Made by a program: the position numbers and the translations under genes. From assembly GCA_041661265.1 (NCBI GenBank), contig JBAZUT010000001.1:65854-129853 (forward strand): a DNA stretch of 64,000 nt, read 5' to 3'. Shown here piece by piece: positions 55,468 to 64,000 of the stretch; position 1 is the stretch's first letter, and each line of letters begins with the position of its first letter. The DNA comes from Minisyncoccota bacterium (GTDB taxonomy: Bacteria; Patescibacteriota; Minisyncoccia; JAHIHE01; JAGLIN01). A model generated the notes under the pieces. It ran no database searches. It saw only the letters and a program-made list of their open reading frames with translations, and was not told where the DNA came from.

Positions 55468-55547
55468 TCTTTTATAAACGTAAAATTAAAAATATTACCG
55501 GTTTGCACGTGTTTTCTCCTGCTTCTTTTTGACATGCCGTATATCAT
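55464..55547 (-). CDS. Leader peptide 1 (27 aa) MIYGMSKRSRRKHVQTGNIFNFTFIKE
   Basis: Between promoter TTGACA-17-TATCCT (55577-55605) and the terminator; TAA lies in the 5' arm. Confidence 0.65.
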   Translation of the reverse strand: MIYGMSKRSRRKHVQTGNIFNFTFIKE

Positions 55548-55703
55548 TCTTTGTAATTATTTTACTCTTGATATCAAGGATATCACACATATACATTTAT
55601 GTCAACAGTGTGACCCGGGAACGGAAAATCCGGATCTATGCCGAAAAAGCATATCACTGCGGCATATGACCAGAAACGAAAAAAATAAGAGGCTTTTGCC
55701 TCT

Positions 55704-55997
55704 TTAGTACATGCCGGGGATATTCCCGGATCTTATTATTTCTTCTCCTTGCTGCGTTATGACGACTTGCCTTGCCATTATTTTCGGCGTCACTTCCGTC
55801 AATTCGCCGGTATATCCGATCAGTTTCCTCTCTTCGAGAAAATCCACCAATTCCGAGGCGTTGCCTTCCTCGATGGAAAGTTCGCTTGCGAGTAACCTAA
55901 CAAGATTGCTCCGCCACATGAATTTATTCCGCCCCATTAATCCCTTGAGCTTTTTGATCGCTATCTTTTCACAATCCTCTTTTTTATCTTTCTTCAT
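55704..55997 (-). CDS. Small putative winged-helix protein, paralogue of 55061-55381
   Basis: AGGAGG RBS before MKKDKK; LEERKLIG..VVITQQGEEII. Confidence 0.65.
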   Translation of the reverse strand: MKKDKKEDCEKIAIKKLKGLMGRNKFMWRSNLVRLLASELSIEEGNASELVDFLEERKLIGYTGELTEVTPKIMARQVVITQQGEEIIRSGNIPGMY

Positions 55998-56045
55998 ACT
56001 GTACCTCCTGGCAAACTTCACACATGAACGAATGTTTTCGCTCAT

Positions 56046-56074
56046 AAAAAAACAATCCCGACTATTGGGATTAC
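56046..56074 (-). terminator. Leader terminator, module 2
   Basis: GTAATCCCA-ATAGT-CGGGATTGT-TTTTTT. Confidence 0.85.
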
Positions 56075-56151
56075 TTTTTTATGAATGAAAAATAAAAATA
56101 TCCGGTTTGGGAAAATCTTTTTCTGTTCCTTTTTGGCATCCCGTATATCAT
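56071..56151 (-). CDS. Leader peptide 2 (26 aa) MIYGMPKRNRKRFSQTGYFYFSFIKK
   Basis: Homologous to leader 1; promoter TTGACA-16-TATTCT at 56183-56210. Confidence 0.65.
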   Translation of the reverse strand: MIYGMPKRNRKRFSQTGYFYFSFIKK

Positions 56152-56247
56152 TCTTCAAAATTATTTTTTACTCTTAATGTAAAGAATACCACGTGCAGAT
56201 ATTATGTCAACAGCGCTATCCACAAAAAAGAAAGAGGGAGTTTGATA

Positions 56248-56487
56248 TTATTTTATCAACTCCCATTTTAGCAGTTCATTCCAATATTTCGGACAGGCGG
56301 ATTCGAAAGGGATCCTCAGGTCAGCTTCTTTCCTGCAGCCGGGATTGGGTGAATAGTTGCCGCAAGTCCAGCAATAACCCCCGCAAAGCACCGGAATTTG
56401 AGGACTCTCCCCCAGTGATCTCCTTGTGAAAGCCCCGTCCAAGCCGGGAATGAGAACTGCTTCTCCGGACATTTCATACATGGACAT
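56248..56487 (-). CDS. Small Cys-rich hypothetical protein
   Basis: GAGGAGG RBS; CGGYCWTC..C..C. Confidence 0.6.
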   Translation of the reverse strand: MSMYEMSGEAVLIPGLDGAFTRRSLGESPQIPVLCGGYCWTCGNYSPNPGCRKEADLRIPFESACPKYWNELLKWELIK

Positions 56488-56531
56488 ATTCTTCTCCTCC
56501 TCTTCGCATCAGATAGACAATTTATGTCTAT

Positions 56532-56560
56532 AAAAAAATAATCCCGACTTGCGGGATTAC
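56532..56560 (-). terminator. Leader terminator, module 3
   Basis: GTAATCCCG-CAAGT-CGGGATTAT-TTTTTT. Confidence 0.85.
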
Positions 56561-56640
56561 TTTTCTATGAAATATAAATTTGAAAATTCAAACAAAGGGC
56601 GTAGCGGCTTCTTTACCTTCTTTTTTATTCTTGTTTCCAT
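56557..56640 (-). CDS. Leader peptide 3 (27 aa) METRIKKKVKKPLRPLFEFSNLYFIEK
   Basis: Same length, charge pattern and stop position as leaders 1 and 2; TTGACA at 56696-56701. Confidence 0.6.
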   Translation of the reverse strand: METRIKKKVKKPLRPLFEFSNLYFIEK

Positions 56641-56730
56641 TACATTCAAGCTAGTCGTTATTTCTATCCGTAATTATCCTACTTTTGAAAATCAGTGTCA
56701 ATAGCGGAGAATGCACATCCCAAAACAATC

Positions 56731-58008
56731 TCACTTGAACAGGATCTTCTTTACAAGCTCCTCCAATCTGAAGCCAAGATCCTTGCTCTCTTTGACCAGG
56801 ACAATCTCGGCTTGCCCGCCTGCGGGATCAATGGCCAGTTCTTTATTAAGATATCCGCGCGCCGAGATCTTTACAACAGCATTAACATCATCCAGATATG
56901 GAAATTCAAAATAGCCCCTCGTATCCGACAGTATATATTTTCCGGAATACGACACTTTTGCATCCGGAACGATCTCGTCCAGCTCATTATAGACGACCCC
57001 ATAGAAAGTTTTTGGATCATAGTATTTATTCAGAACGCCAGCTGCTTCTTTCTCTTTTCCGTCATCCCCCCAGATCGAAGTGGATCCGCCGACAGCTGTC
57101 CAATAATTAATACCTTTCAGCTTGCCCGAGTCTTTGAGGATCCAAAGCGCCCGTTCAACCCATTTCGCCTGTTCGCTTTCCGACAGATCGCCGTGAATGT
57201 CAGGAATAGGCGCGCCGAACTCACCCAGAACAACAGAACCTCCGCTCCCACTTGCAATATCCTCAACATCTTGCGCCAACTGTTCAGGAGTGCTGACATA
57301 GTGATCTATGGTCACGATTCCATCCAGGGCTTCGGTCGTTTCCTCGTCCATGACGAATCGCGCAACATCAGCGTTCATGGAAAAATAATTTGCCTGAACT
57401 TTTTTGTTTATGCTCTTGAAGGCCGACTTGGCTTCCCTATATTCGCCTATAATAAATTCCCTGAATCCCTCCACGTCCCCCGTTGAACGCGGATCCCCCG
57501 GTCCCCCATTCTCGCATTCGGGACAGCTTGAAAAAATATCCCCGTCTTCGAACAGGTCGGAGTTGAAGCGGATAAATTCCCCGGTATTTCTCAGATGCTC
57601 CTCCTTTGTGATCCTTGAATAATCAAACCACTCCTCCCATCCTGAAAAATTGCCCCTGAACCATACTTTTAATTTATATTTTCTTGCAGCGCCCACCCAG
57701 CGCTTGAGCATCGGAATGAACTCACTGTCGTAAGGAGTGGCTATGGCCACATGAGTTGAACCGATCGCGGCAATGTTCTTTACCTGATCGTCTATCACGG
57801 CATCGAAATCCTTGTCTTCCATCTTCTCACGGCTGAGATCGCGGGAATATTTCATCGTATCAACCGATTTGAAGCTCCAGAAATCCAGATCAGGCCTCGT
57901 ATAATAGACATCTGCGTGCGAAAAAACATTATAAGAATCCGCAAAGACAAGAATCGTAAAAATGATGATCGTAAAAATAAACAGTATACGAAATTTCATT
58001 TGTTTCAT
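56731..58008 (-). CDS. Secreted glycoside-hydrolase-like protein with a C-terminal carboxypeptidase-regulatory-like domain
   Basis: N-terminal TM; PECENG and VVLGEFG (clan GH-A-like Glu pair); YGVVYNE..SDTRGYFEF..ISARGY. Confidence 0.55.
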   Translation of the reverse strand: MKQMKFRILFIFTIIIFTILVFADSYNVFSHADVYYTRPDLDFWSFKSVDTMKYSRDLSREKMEDKDFDAVIDDQVKNIAAIGSTHVAIATPYDSEFIPMLKRWVGAARKYKLKVWFRGNFSGWEEWFDYSRITKEEHLRNTGEFIRFNSDLFEDGDIFSSCPECENGGPGDPRSTGDVEGFREFIIGEYREAKSAFKSINKKVQANYFSMNADVARFVMDEETTEALDGIVTIDHYVSTPEQLAQDVEDIASGSGGSVVLGEFGAPIPDIHGDLSESEQAKWVERALWILKDSGKLKGINYWTAVGGSTSIWGDDGKEKEAAGVLNKYYDPKTFYGVVYNELDEIVPDAKVSYSGKYILSDTRGYFEFPYLDDVNAVVKISARGYLNKELAIDPAGGQAEIVLVKESKDLGFRLEELVKKILFK

Positions 58009-58058
58009 ATTAAATGATGCTAATTTAATATAACTATATTTGCGGATTTTTACAATAC

Positions 58059-59687
58059 TTACCTGTGTTCAAGTATCGGTTCTGTTATGAGATCTTTCAG
58101 ATATTCATCTTTCAATTGATATATATCGGCGAACGGATAATGATCTACAAGTTTAAAGCGCTCAAATCCGGCATTGTTTTTCATTGCTTTCCAGGTTGAG
58201 TCGTCATCGGAATTGCTTCTCATCACGATCCAGCGCGCCCATCTGTCGGGATTTATGAGCGCAGATTCATAATAAGCCCCGGCGCCTTCGTGAATGAACT
58301 TTTTCATCGGCAAGCCCGAAGAAAAAATGATCGAATCATGCGACGCAACAGAGATCAGAATGAATCCGGGTTCATCTTTTGTATTTTCACTGAGCCACCC
58401 GCTCACTTCAGTCACATTTTTCTGGCTTGAACCGAAGCGCGCATCATCAACTACCACCGCGTCTCCGTTGACAACTGAAAAAAAAGTGACCATGGCCAAG
58501 AGAGAAATAATGAGAACGCGCATCTTCGGGGCATAATGCACAATATAGCCGATAAAAATAGCGATCGAGGGCATCATCATGATCCCATAGCGTATATTAA
58601 ACCATGTTCTGCCAGAGAGTCCGTACACATAAAGAACCGAATGCCCTAAATACAGGGCAATGACATTGAATAGGAGAGGAGCAACTAAAATCATAGTTGC
58701 AAAACGAATATGCCAAGAAATATGCCTATTCGTCCACAGTGCCATTGCTCCGATCAGACCGATGATCAACGTGAAAGCATTGGAGTTATAAGCAAGTGCA
58801 TAAATATAAATTTCCGCAGATAAGAATAAATTATTTTTAGTCGCAAGAACTCCTGCGGTTTCTAGCTGCTTTTGCTGCGTATATGCAGAATATGGCCCGA
58901 AGATAAAATAAAAAGCGTCCTTGAATATAAGCAAGTTCCATATAAGCCATAGCACCACGCCAAACCCCCCCAGCGTCATGAACAAAACTACTATGCCTTC
59001 ACTTTTTGCGTATCCCCACTTTTGCCATACATAAAAGAATATCATAAGCGTCGCGAAAAAAAGCAAAAACCATCCGTCATATCGGACAAGTGTTGAGAGC
59101 ATGATCCAGAAAGATGCATAAATAAGATACAATATATTGCTCCTCTTAAACCAAAGTAAAAAATAATAAGATCCCGCAGTCATCGTTCCCAACAGCGTAA
59201 GTTCCGTCATTGCGGTTGATTGCAAATATAATATATTGATATTCGCAACAAAAATGGCCACTCCGACAAGCCTTCCCGACAGACCAACATTTAATTCTTT
59301 GAGAAAGTAATAGATCAAAACCCCCGTTCCGATAAAAGCGATCATGGAAGGCAAGGCTCCGGCAAGTCCGGAATGCCACATAAAATCATTCCATATGGTA
59401 GGTATCATCAGAATATGAGTAAGCGGCAGCCACACGCTTCCAAGTTGCGCGATGCCGGTATTCAGGCCTTCCACCACTCTTCTTCCGATATCCAAATGAG
59501 ATCGCGCATCGTTATAAGCCAACCCCAGACCATTATTATAATAATAGAGATAACCCACAACAGATATTGCGGTTAAAAATAAAATGACAAAAAAAATACA
59601 GTTTTTTATCAGATAAAGCCCAAGACCGTCCAGGGTATTTTTTTTGATAAGCAATTCCATATTATACTTTGAGACATTTATGATCAT
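58059..59687 (-). CDS. GT-C fold (ArnT/PMT-like) membrane glycosyltransferase
   Basis: YNDARSHLDIGRRV, QLGSVWLPL, MTE, RYDGW, FNIRYG; many TM segments. Confidence 0.75.
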   Translation of the reverse strand: MIINVSKYNMELLIKKNTLDGLGLYLIKNCIFFVILFLTAISVVGYLYYYNNGLGLAYNDARSHLDIGRRVVEGLNTGIAQLGSVWLPLTHILMIPTIWNDFMWHSGLAGALPSMIAFIGTGVLIYYFLKELNVGLSGRLVGVAIFVANINILYLQSTAMTELTLLGTMTAGSYYFLLWFKRSNILYLIYASFWIMLSTLVRYDGWFLLFFATLMIFFYVWQKWGYAKSEGIVVLFMTLGGFGVVLWLIWNLLIFKDAFYFIFGPYSAYTQQKQLETAGVLATKNNLFLSAEIYIYALAYNSNAFTLIIGLIGAMALWTNRHISWHIRFATMILVAPLLFNVIALYLGHSVLYVYGLSGRTWFNIRYGIMMMPSIAIFIGYIVHYAPKMRVLIISLLAMVTFFSVVNGDAVVVDDARFGSSQKNVTEVSGWLSENTKDEPGFILISVASHDSIIFSSGLPMKKFIHEGAGAYYESALINPDRWARWIVMRSNSDDDSTWKAMKNNAGFERFKLVDHYPFADIYQLKDEYLKDLITEPILEHR

Positions 59688-61264
59688 GTTTTTATTTTAT
59701 CAGCGATCTTGATATTGCCTTCTTCCGAATACAGCCGCAGGATCAAAATCCCGGTCCCGACAGCTATCAGCGTAAAAATGATCCCGAGATATTGTCTGGC
59801 TGTGATACTGTCTCTCAAATACGTTTGAAATATAAATGATTTTGATCCGAATTTATTAAGATACTCCAGATTTCTCTCATAAGTGTATTTTTCCTCCTTA
59901 CCGCTGGTTTTCTCCAGTGCCAAAATCTCGATCTTGGGCGGAACGGCATTAGTTGTCAGAGCCCCCAGGGTGTTTATGGCGGAAGACGACATAAAAAGAA
60001 ACAGGAATATAACTATAAAAACGATATTTTTTCTGAAATGTGTCAGGCTCAGAGCCACGCCTATGCACAGAACGGCATAGGTCGGGATCAGATACCGTGA
60101 ACCGAAAGCCCATCCGCCATAGGGATCGCCCCACATTGAATAAAGCAGTATATTGAATCCTGCGATAGACAACAGGAGATTGCTGAATGAAGCTCCAGCT
60201 CGGGCATATAGAAAATAATAACCGAAAATGCCAAGAAGCACGACCGGAGTATAATTAATGATCCCTCTATCGGGGCTTATAAAATGTATATAAAATCCAT
60301 TGATCAGATTTCTGGTATCAAAAAAAGCAAATACATTTTTTTTGGAAGGCGTTCCCTGTGGCAGCTGAACATCAACCGCCTGATTGAAAACAGGATTATC
60401 CGGCAGGCCTTCACTGTTTATGGAGGTGACCCTTTGCAGAGAACCGGAAATTTGAAAATAACTTCCTTGCGAAACGCCATTGAACCACAGAAAAAAAGCG
60501 ATTGGAACGACCATTCCTATCATCGCCAGAAAACCCAGCGATCTTATTTTGATCGAAACAAATTCGGTACCCTTTTTGTCGATGCTGATGATTTTTTTCA
60601 TAAAACATATGGCGATAGGAAAAACAAAAAATATATTTGGGTTATCAACTACAAAAGACAGTCCGAACAAAAACCAAAAAATCGGCGCAGAATACCATTC
60701 TTTCCGCCTGAATAACAGATAAACGCCGAATAAAACGATAAACGTGGTGATATGATGCTGGGATAAAGTTACGCCATAGGTAAAAGCAGGAGACGCGAAA
60801 ATGAAGGAAAGCGCTCCCAGATTGGCAGCCATGGGATGCGCTCCAAGCCGAATAGCTATAGCCCTGATCAGGATCAGATTTAAAAAAGCGAACAAAGTTA
60901 TTACGGCAAAAGCGCCAAGCTGAGAGAATCCGAAATATTTACCAATTATATATCCCGGAATTATCAGAAAGGCGGTGCCGGGAGCAAACAGGGAAACATA
61001 TTGCCCCTTCTGATTGATGGCCAAGTCCGGGGTGGAAAAACCGGCAAGCGGCAAAGATAACTGCAATGACCTGTCCTCGACAACAGAGTAGGCCAATGCA
61101 AACCGGCCTCGCTCGTTCGACGATTCAAAAGGTCCTGTCTTCTCCCAATATAACGAATTAAGCTCCTGGCTCGTGGGATTTCCCCTGAGCCCGTGGATAG
61201 TCAATACCAGGATCATCGCTGAGAGCAGAATAAATGAGATTGTAAACAGATTTTCTTTTTTCAT
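59684..61264 (-). CDS. GT-C fold membrane glycosyltransferase-like protein
   Basis: Many TM segments; SPDRGI, WGDPYGGWAFGSRYLIP. Confidence 0.7.
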   Translation of the reverse strand: MKKENLFTISFILLSAMILVLTIHGLRGNPTSQELNSLYWEKTGPFESSNERGRFALAYSVVEDRSLQLSLPLAGFSTPDLAINQKGQYVSLFAPGTAFLIIPGYIIGKYFGFSQLGAFAVITLFAFLNLILIRAIAIRLGAHPMAANLGALSFIFASPAFTYGVTLSQHHITTFIVLFGVYLLFRRKEWYSAPIFWFLFGLSFVVDNPNIFFVFPIAICFMKKIISIDKKGTEFVSIKIRSLGFLAMIGMVVPIAFFLWFNGVSQGSYFQISGSLQRVTSINSEGLPDNPVFNQAVDVQLPQGTPSKKNVFAFFDTRNLINGFYIHFISPDRGIINYTPVVLLGIFGYYFLYARAGASFSNLLLSIAGFNILLYSMWGDPYGGWAFGSRYLIPTYAVLCIGVALSLTHFRKNIVFIVIFLFLFMSSSAINTLGALTTNAVPPKIEILALEKTSGKEEKYTYERNLEYLNKFGSKSFIFQTYLRDSITARQYLGIIFTLIAVGTGILILRLYSEEGNIKIADKIKT

Positions 61265-61287
61265 AAACTAATGATATATAAATGGGA

Positions 61288-64000
61288 TCATGGAACTTCG
61301 GGAAAACGATTTGCATTGCTGTCTGCCGAATGATAATTTTCAGGTTTGAGAACGATGCCATCGGGGAACATGGGTCTAATCTGGCTTTTATAGAAAGAGA
61401 TCAATCTTTTCTTTTTATCCTCGAGGCCGGATATATCCAGTGAACCCAGGCTCGACACCGGGGCAAGACCAACTTTTACTTTGGCCCTCAAATTATAGGG
61501 AAAATCTTCCCAGAAAACAACCTTTGGAAAAACTTTCCGGCAAATCTCGCGGACCATGACATGATCCACATTTCCGCCAATGCCAAGGGGACAAAAGACA
61601 ACACAGTTTCCCGCTCTTTTCTTGAAATATCTCAGCTTCTTTTCGATCATTGCAAAAGTATGCGCATCGTTCTTCGAGATCTTTCCCGAGATGATATCGA
61701 ACTGATAAGTCGGATAAACATGAACCACTTCAGGTAAGAATCTTCCGATAATTTTCAAGATCGGAGATCCGTTTTTTTTCTTCCTGAATGAAGCGTCTTG
61801 AAAGCCAAGATGAATGTGCTTTGCGCCAATGGATTTGCATGCCTCCACGTCTTCTGATTTTCTGAGACAAAACAGGTCCTGGGCATTCTTATATCCTCCG
61901 CAAATTTTCAGATTTACTCCGGTCGAAAATGTATAAGGCGGCAGGGGTGCCTCGGTAAATATTGTCACGACCGTAGTTTCAGTTTTTGTTGCCAGACGCA
62001 AGAGCAACGCGCCCGAAGAAAGGATCGCGTCGTCCAAATGAGGCGATATAAAAACACATGGCGTCCTCTTGCTGATTATCTCCTCGATAATTGAGTTGAC
62101 ATCTGATCCTTTGTCCCTATAGCCCAAGACGTCATCGATGTGTTTTCCATATCTTCCCGCAATATTGTCCCAGTTATAATCTTTCAAAAATACCTTTAAT
62201 TTCTCAATGTTTATTTTCCGCTCTCCGCCTTGAACGGATAATTCCTGCATAATTTTTGCCATTGCCATTGCATCGAACGGCTCGGCCTTACATGAAAAAT
62301 CTCCAGGCAGCCATCTCAATCCTTCGATATCGAAAGAAACCACCGGAACACCGTGAGCCAAGGCCTCCAGGGCGGTCAGGGAAAAAGTTTCAAAACGGGA
62401 AGGGATGACCACGGCGATCGCTTCTCTGAATGCGTCATTTTTTTTCTGGCCGTCAACCCTGCCCAGTAATTTCACTTTTTCCGCGATTCCCAGTTCACGG
62501 ACCATTTTCACCAATCTTTCTTTCTCGCTTTGAGGTCCGCCTCCGGCGATCACCAATGAAAATTCTGTCTTTTGCGCGATCGAACTGTACGCCTCCAAAA
62601 GCAAATCCAATCCCTTCTGATCTATTTCCAGCCTTCCCATATATAGAAAATGTTTTTTTACCGGCCGGCCTTGCGCAAGATCGATTTCCACTCCGTTGGG
62701 AATGACTTCAATGAGCGCATGCGGATTTATCTCTCTTATTCTCTGCCCGCTTTCTCTTGTGGACACGATAAAATTTCTACACATTTTAACGCCCATATTC
62801 TCTATAATATGGAAAGGCAGCTTATATTTTCGGCGCATATCTTCTCCGGCGAGCATATGAACCATGCCGATGACGGGCTTTTTTGTAAAAACAGACAGGA
62901 ATGCGGTTGAGAAAGGCGGCATAAAACTTTCTACCCAAACATCAAAATCGCCTGCAATAACATAATACGGAAGCGACGCCTGGAAGATCAGCTGGCTGAG
63001 CTTTGGACCGAAAAAACTGAAGCCGGCATATTCATAGCATACGCCATCGATCCTGCGTTTTTTTGCACCGGGATAATTACCGCAAATTATTTTCACGTCA
63101 AATCTGTCGGCAAGACGTCTGGCCACTTCATGAACCACCAGCGCCCCGCCACCGTTATAATACGGATTACCGATAGAGTCATAGGATGAAATGATCATTA
63201 TCTTTTTCCTTTCTCCGACCTCTATTTTTTTTGAAGAAGAGATCGGTTCCCATCTCGCCTCTGTTCTGTCTTTGTCTATCATACATAGAATTCTCACCAG
63301 GGGGACCATTCCCAGATAAAGTACGGTCCAAAAGGGGTTTTTTATCATTCTCCTCGCCAAATAGACCGCCTTAGCCTCAAGTCCTATCGTATAATACTTT
63401 TCAACGAATTCCTTGTCATAGCTCAATTCCTGGATCCCTTTGGATTTTATGAACCGCTTATATTGCTTGAGGTAGTCGGAAAGAGTTTCGGGAAGCTTGT
63501 AATGAACGAGAGCTTTTTCCGCTGAAACAAAAGCATATTTTTTCTGTTCGCAGTAGAGGAAGGGAAAAACATCGTCCGCCGACGTTTCAGGAAATTTCAT
63601 TTCTTTATATAATGTCTTCCCGAAAGCCCTGACGCTTCCTTCCGAGAAATATAAAGGCGAGGCATATTTCGACTTTCTGAGGTCATTCCAGATCCCGACT
63701 CCCGTAAAAGCTATCTTTTGAACGAATGTCTTGGGCGGGAGCGGAAAAGCAAGGCCGGATGAATATACAGCCCTTCCCTCAATAATGGGCCTGATAAGAT
63801 CCTTTATGACATCCGGCGAAGATAATCTGATATCCGCATCCAGGATCACGACAATATCCGACCCGGCAACAGAAAAGACCTCGTTTATCCTTGCCGGCTT
63901 GCCTTTCCTTTCGGGAGAATCTATCAGCCGTATCCTTTCGTCCTTGAAAGATGCGACAATCGCGGACGTTTTGTCCGTGCTTCCGTCGGAAATGATAAAT
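61288..64000 (-). CDS. GT2-GT4-PIG-L deacetylase triple fusion (5' end outside the window)
   Basis: SDGSTD..ILDAD..ADD (GT2); GRLEIDQKG..PSRFETFSLTALEALAHG (GT4); SPHLDDAILS..GNVDH..WEDFPY (PIG-L). Confidence 0.85.
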   Translation of the reverse strand, partial: FIISDGSTDKTSAIVASFKDERIRLIDSPERKGKPARINEVFSVAGSDIVVILDADIRLSSPDVIKDLIRPIIEGRAVYSSGLAFPLPPKTFVQKIAFTGVGIWNDLRKSKYASPLYFSEGSVRAFGKTLYKEMKFPETSADDVFPFLYCEQKKYAFVSAEKALVHYKLPETLSDYLKQYKRFIKSKGIQELSYDKEFVEKYYTIGLEAKAVYLARRMIKNPFWTVLYLGMVPLVRILCMIDKDRTEARWEPISSSKKIEVGERKKIMIISSYDSIGNPYYNGGGALVVHEVARRLADRFDVKIICGNYPGAKKRRIDGVCYEYAGFSFFGPKLSQLIFQASLPYYVIAGDFDVWVESFMPPFSTAFLSVFTKKPVIGMVHMLAGEDMRRKYKLPFHIIENMGVKMCRNFIVSTRESGQRIREINPHALIEVIPNGVEIDLAQGRPVKKHFLYMGRLEIDQKGLDLLLEAYSSIAQKTEFSLVIAGGGPQSEKERLVKMVRELGIAEKVKLLGRVDGQKKNDAFREAIAVVIPSRFETFSLTALEALAHGVPVVSFDIEGLRWLPGDFSCKAEPFDAMAMAKIMQELSVQGGERKINIEKLKVFLKDYNWDNIAGRYGKHIDDVLGYRDKGSDVNSIIEEIISKRTPCVFISPHLDDAILSSGALLLRLATKTETTVVTIFTEAPLPPYTFSTGVNLKICGGYKNAQDLFCLRKSEDVEACKSIGAKHIHLGFQDASFRKKKNGSPILKIIGRFLPEVVHVYPTYQFDIISGKISKNDAHTFAMIEKKLRYFKKRAGNCVVFCPLGIGGNVDHVMVREICRKVFPKVVFWEDFPYNLRAKVKVGLAPVSSLGSLDISGLEDKKKRLISFYKSQIRPMFPDGIVLKPENYHSADSNANRFPEVP

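Noticed and set aside
55439-56560. Repeated palindromes considered as a CRISPR array
   Set aside because: Spacing is 490-610 nt with genes in between, the copies are not identical, and no cas genes are present; they are leader terminators.

Overview
This 64-kb window is bacterial chromosome, most likely from a Patescibacteria/CPR (Parcubacteria-like) genome. That call is an inference from the VirB2/TrbC-type and Cys-rich pilins, pilin-like head domains, the holin-secG-ABC binding protein gene order, a RAYT transposase and many small acidic ORFans. Core genes are rarA, ppsA, lemA, htpX, groES/groEL with a CIRCE operator, uvrA, recQ, secG, a pgi-like gene, tRNA-Leu(CAG), rnj, a YvcK-like gene, a GlmU-like gene, trpS, and a glycosylation cluster at the right end. 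The most interesting signals are non-coding or too short for the ORF track. (1) At 55.1-56.7 kb, three tandem modules each run promoter, 26-27 aa basic/Phe-rich leader peptide, then a terminator whose 5' arm begins with the leader's own stop codon, then a small gene. (2) A probably leaderless Trp-Trp leader peptide with a full 1-2-3-4 attenuator, plus a decayed homologue, lies upstream of zinc-ribbon, ATP-grasp-like, M20 peptidase and trpS genes. (3) A 5.9-kb accessory segment is bracketed by decayed 5' and 3' copies of the nucleotidyltransferase gene it carries, and contains a long structured leader, three covarying hairpins and boxA-like motifs. (4) A RAYT transposase has its own REP-like palindromes before, inside and over the stop codon of the gene. 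(5) An expanded LemA/HtpX locus encodes four zinc-protease genes and three Ca-binding repeat proteins. All protein calls come from motif recognition by eye; no database searches were run.
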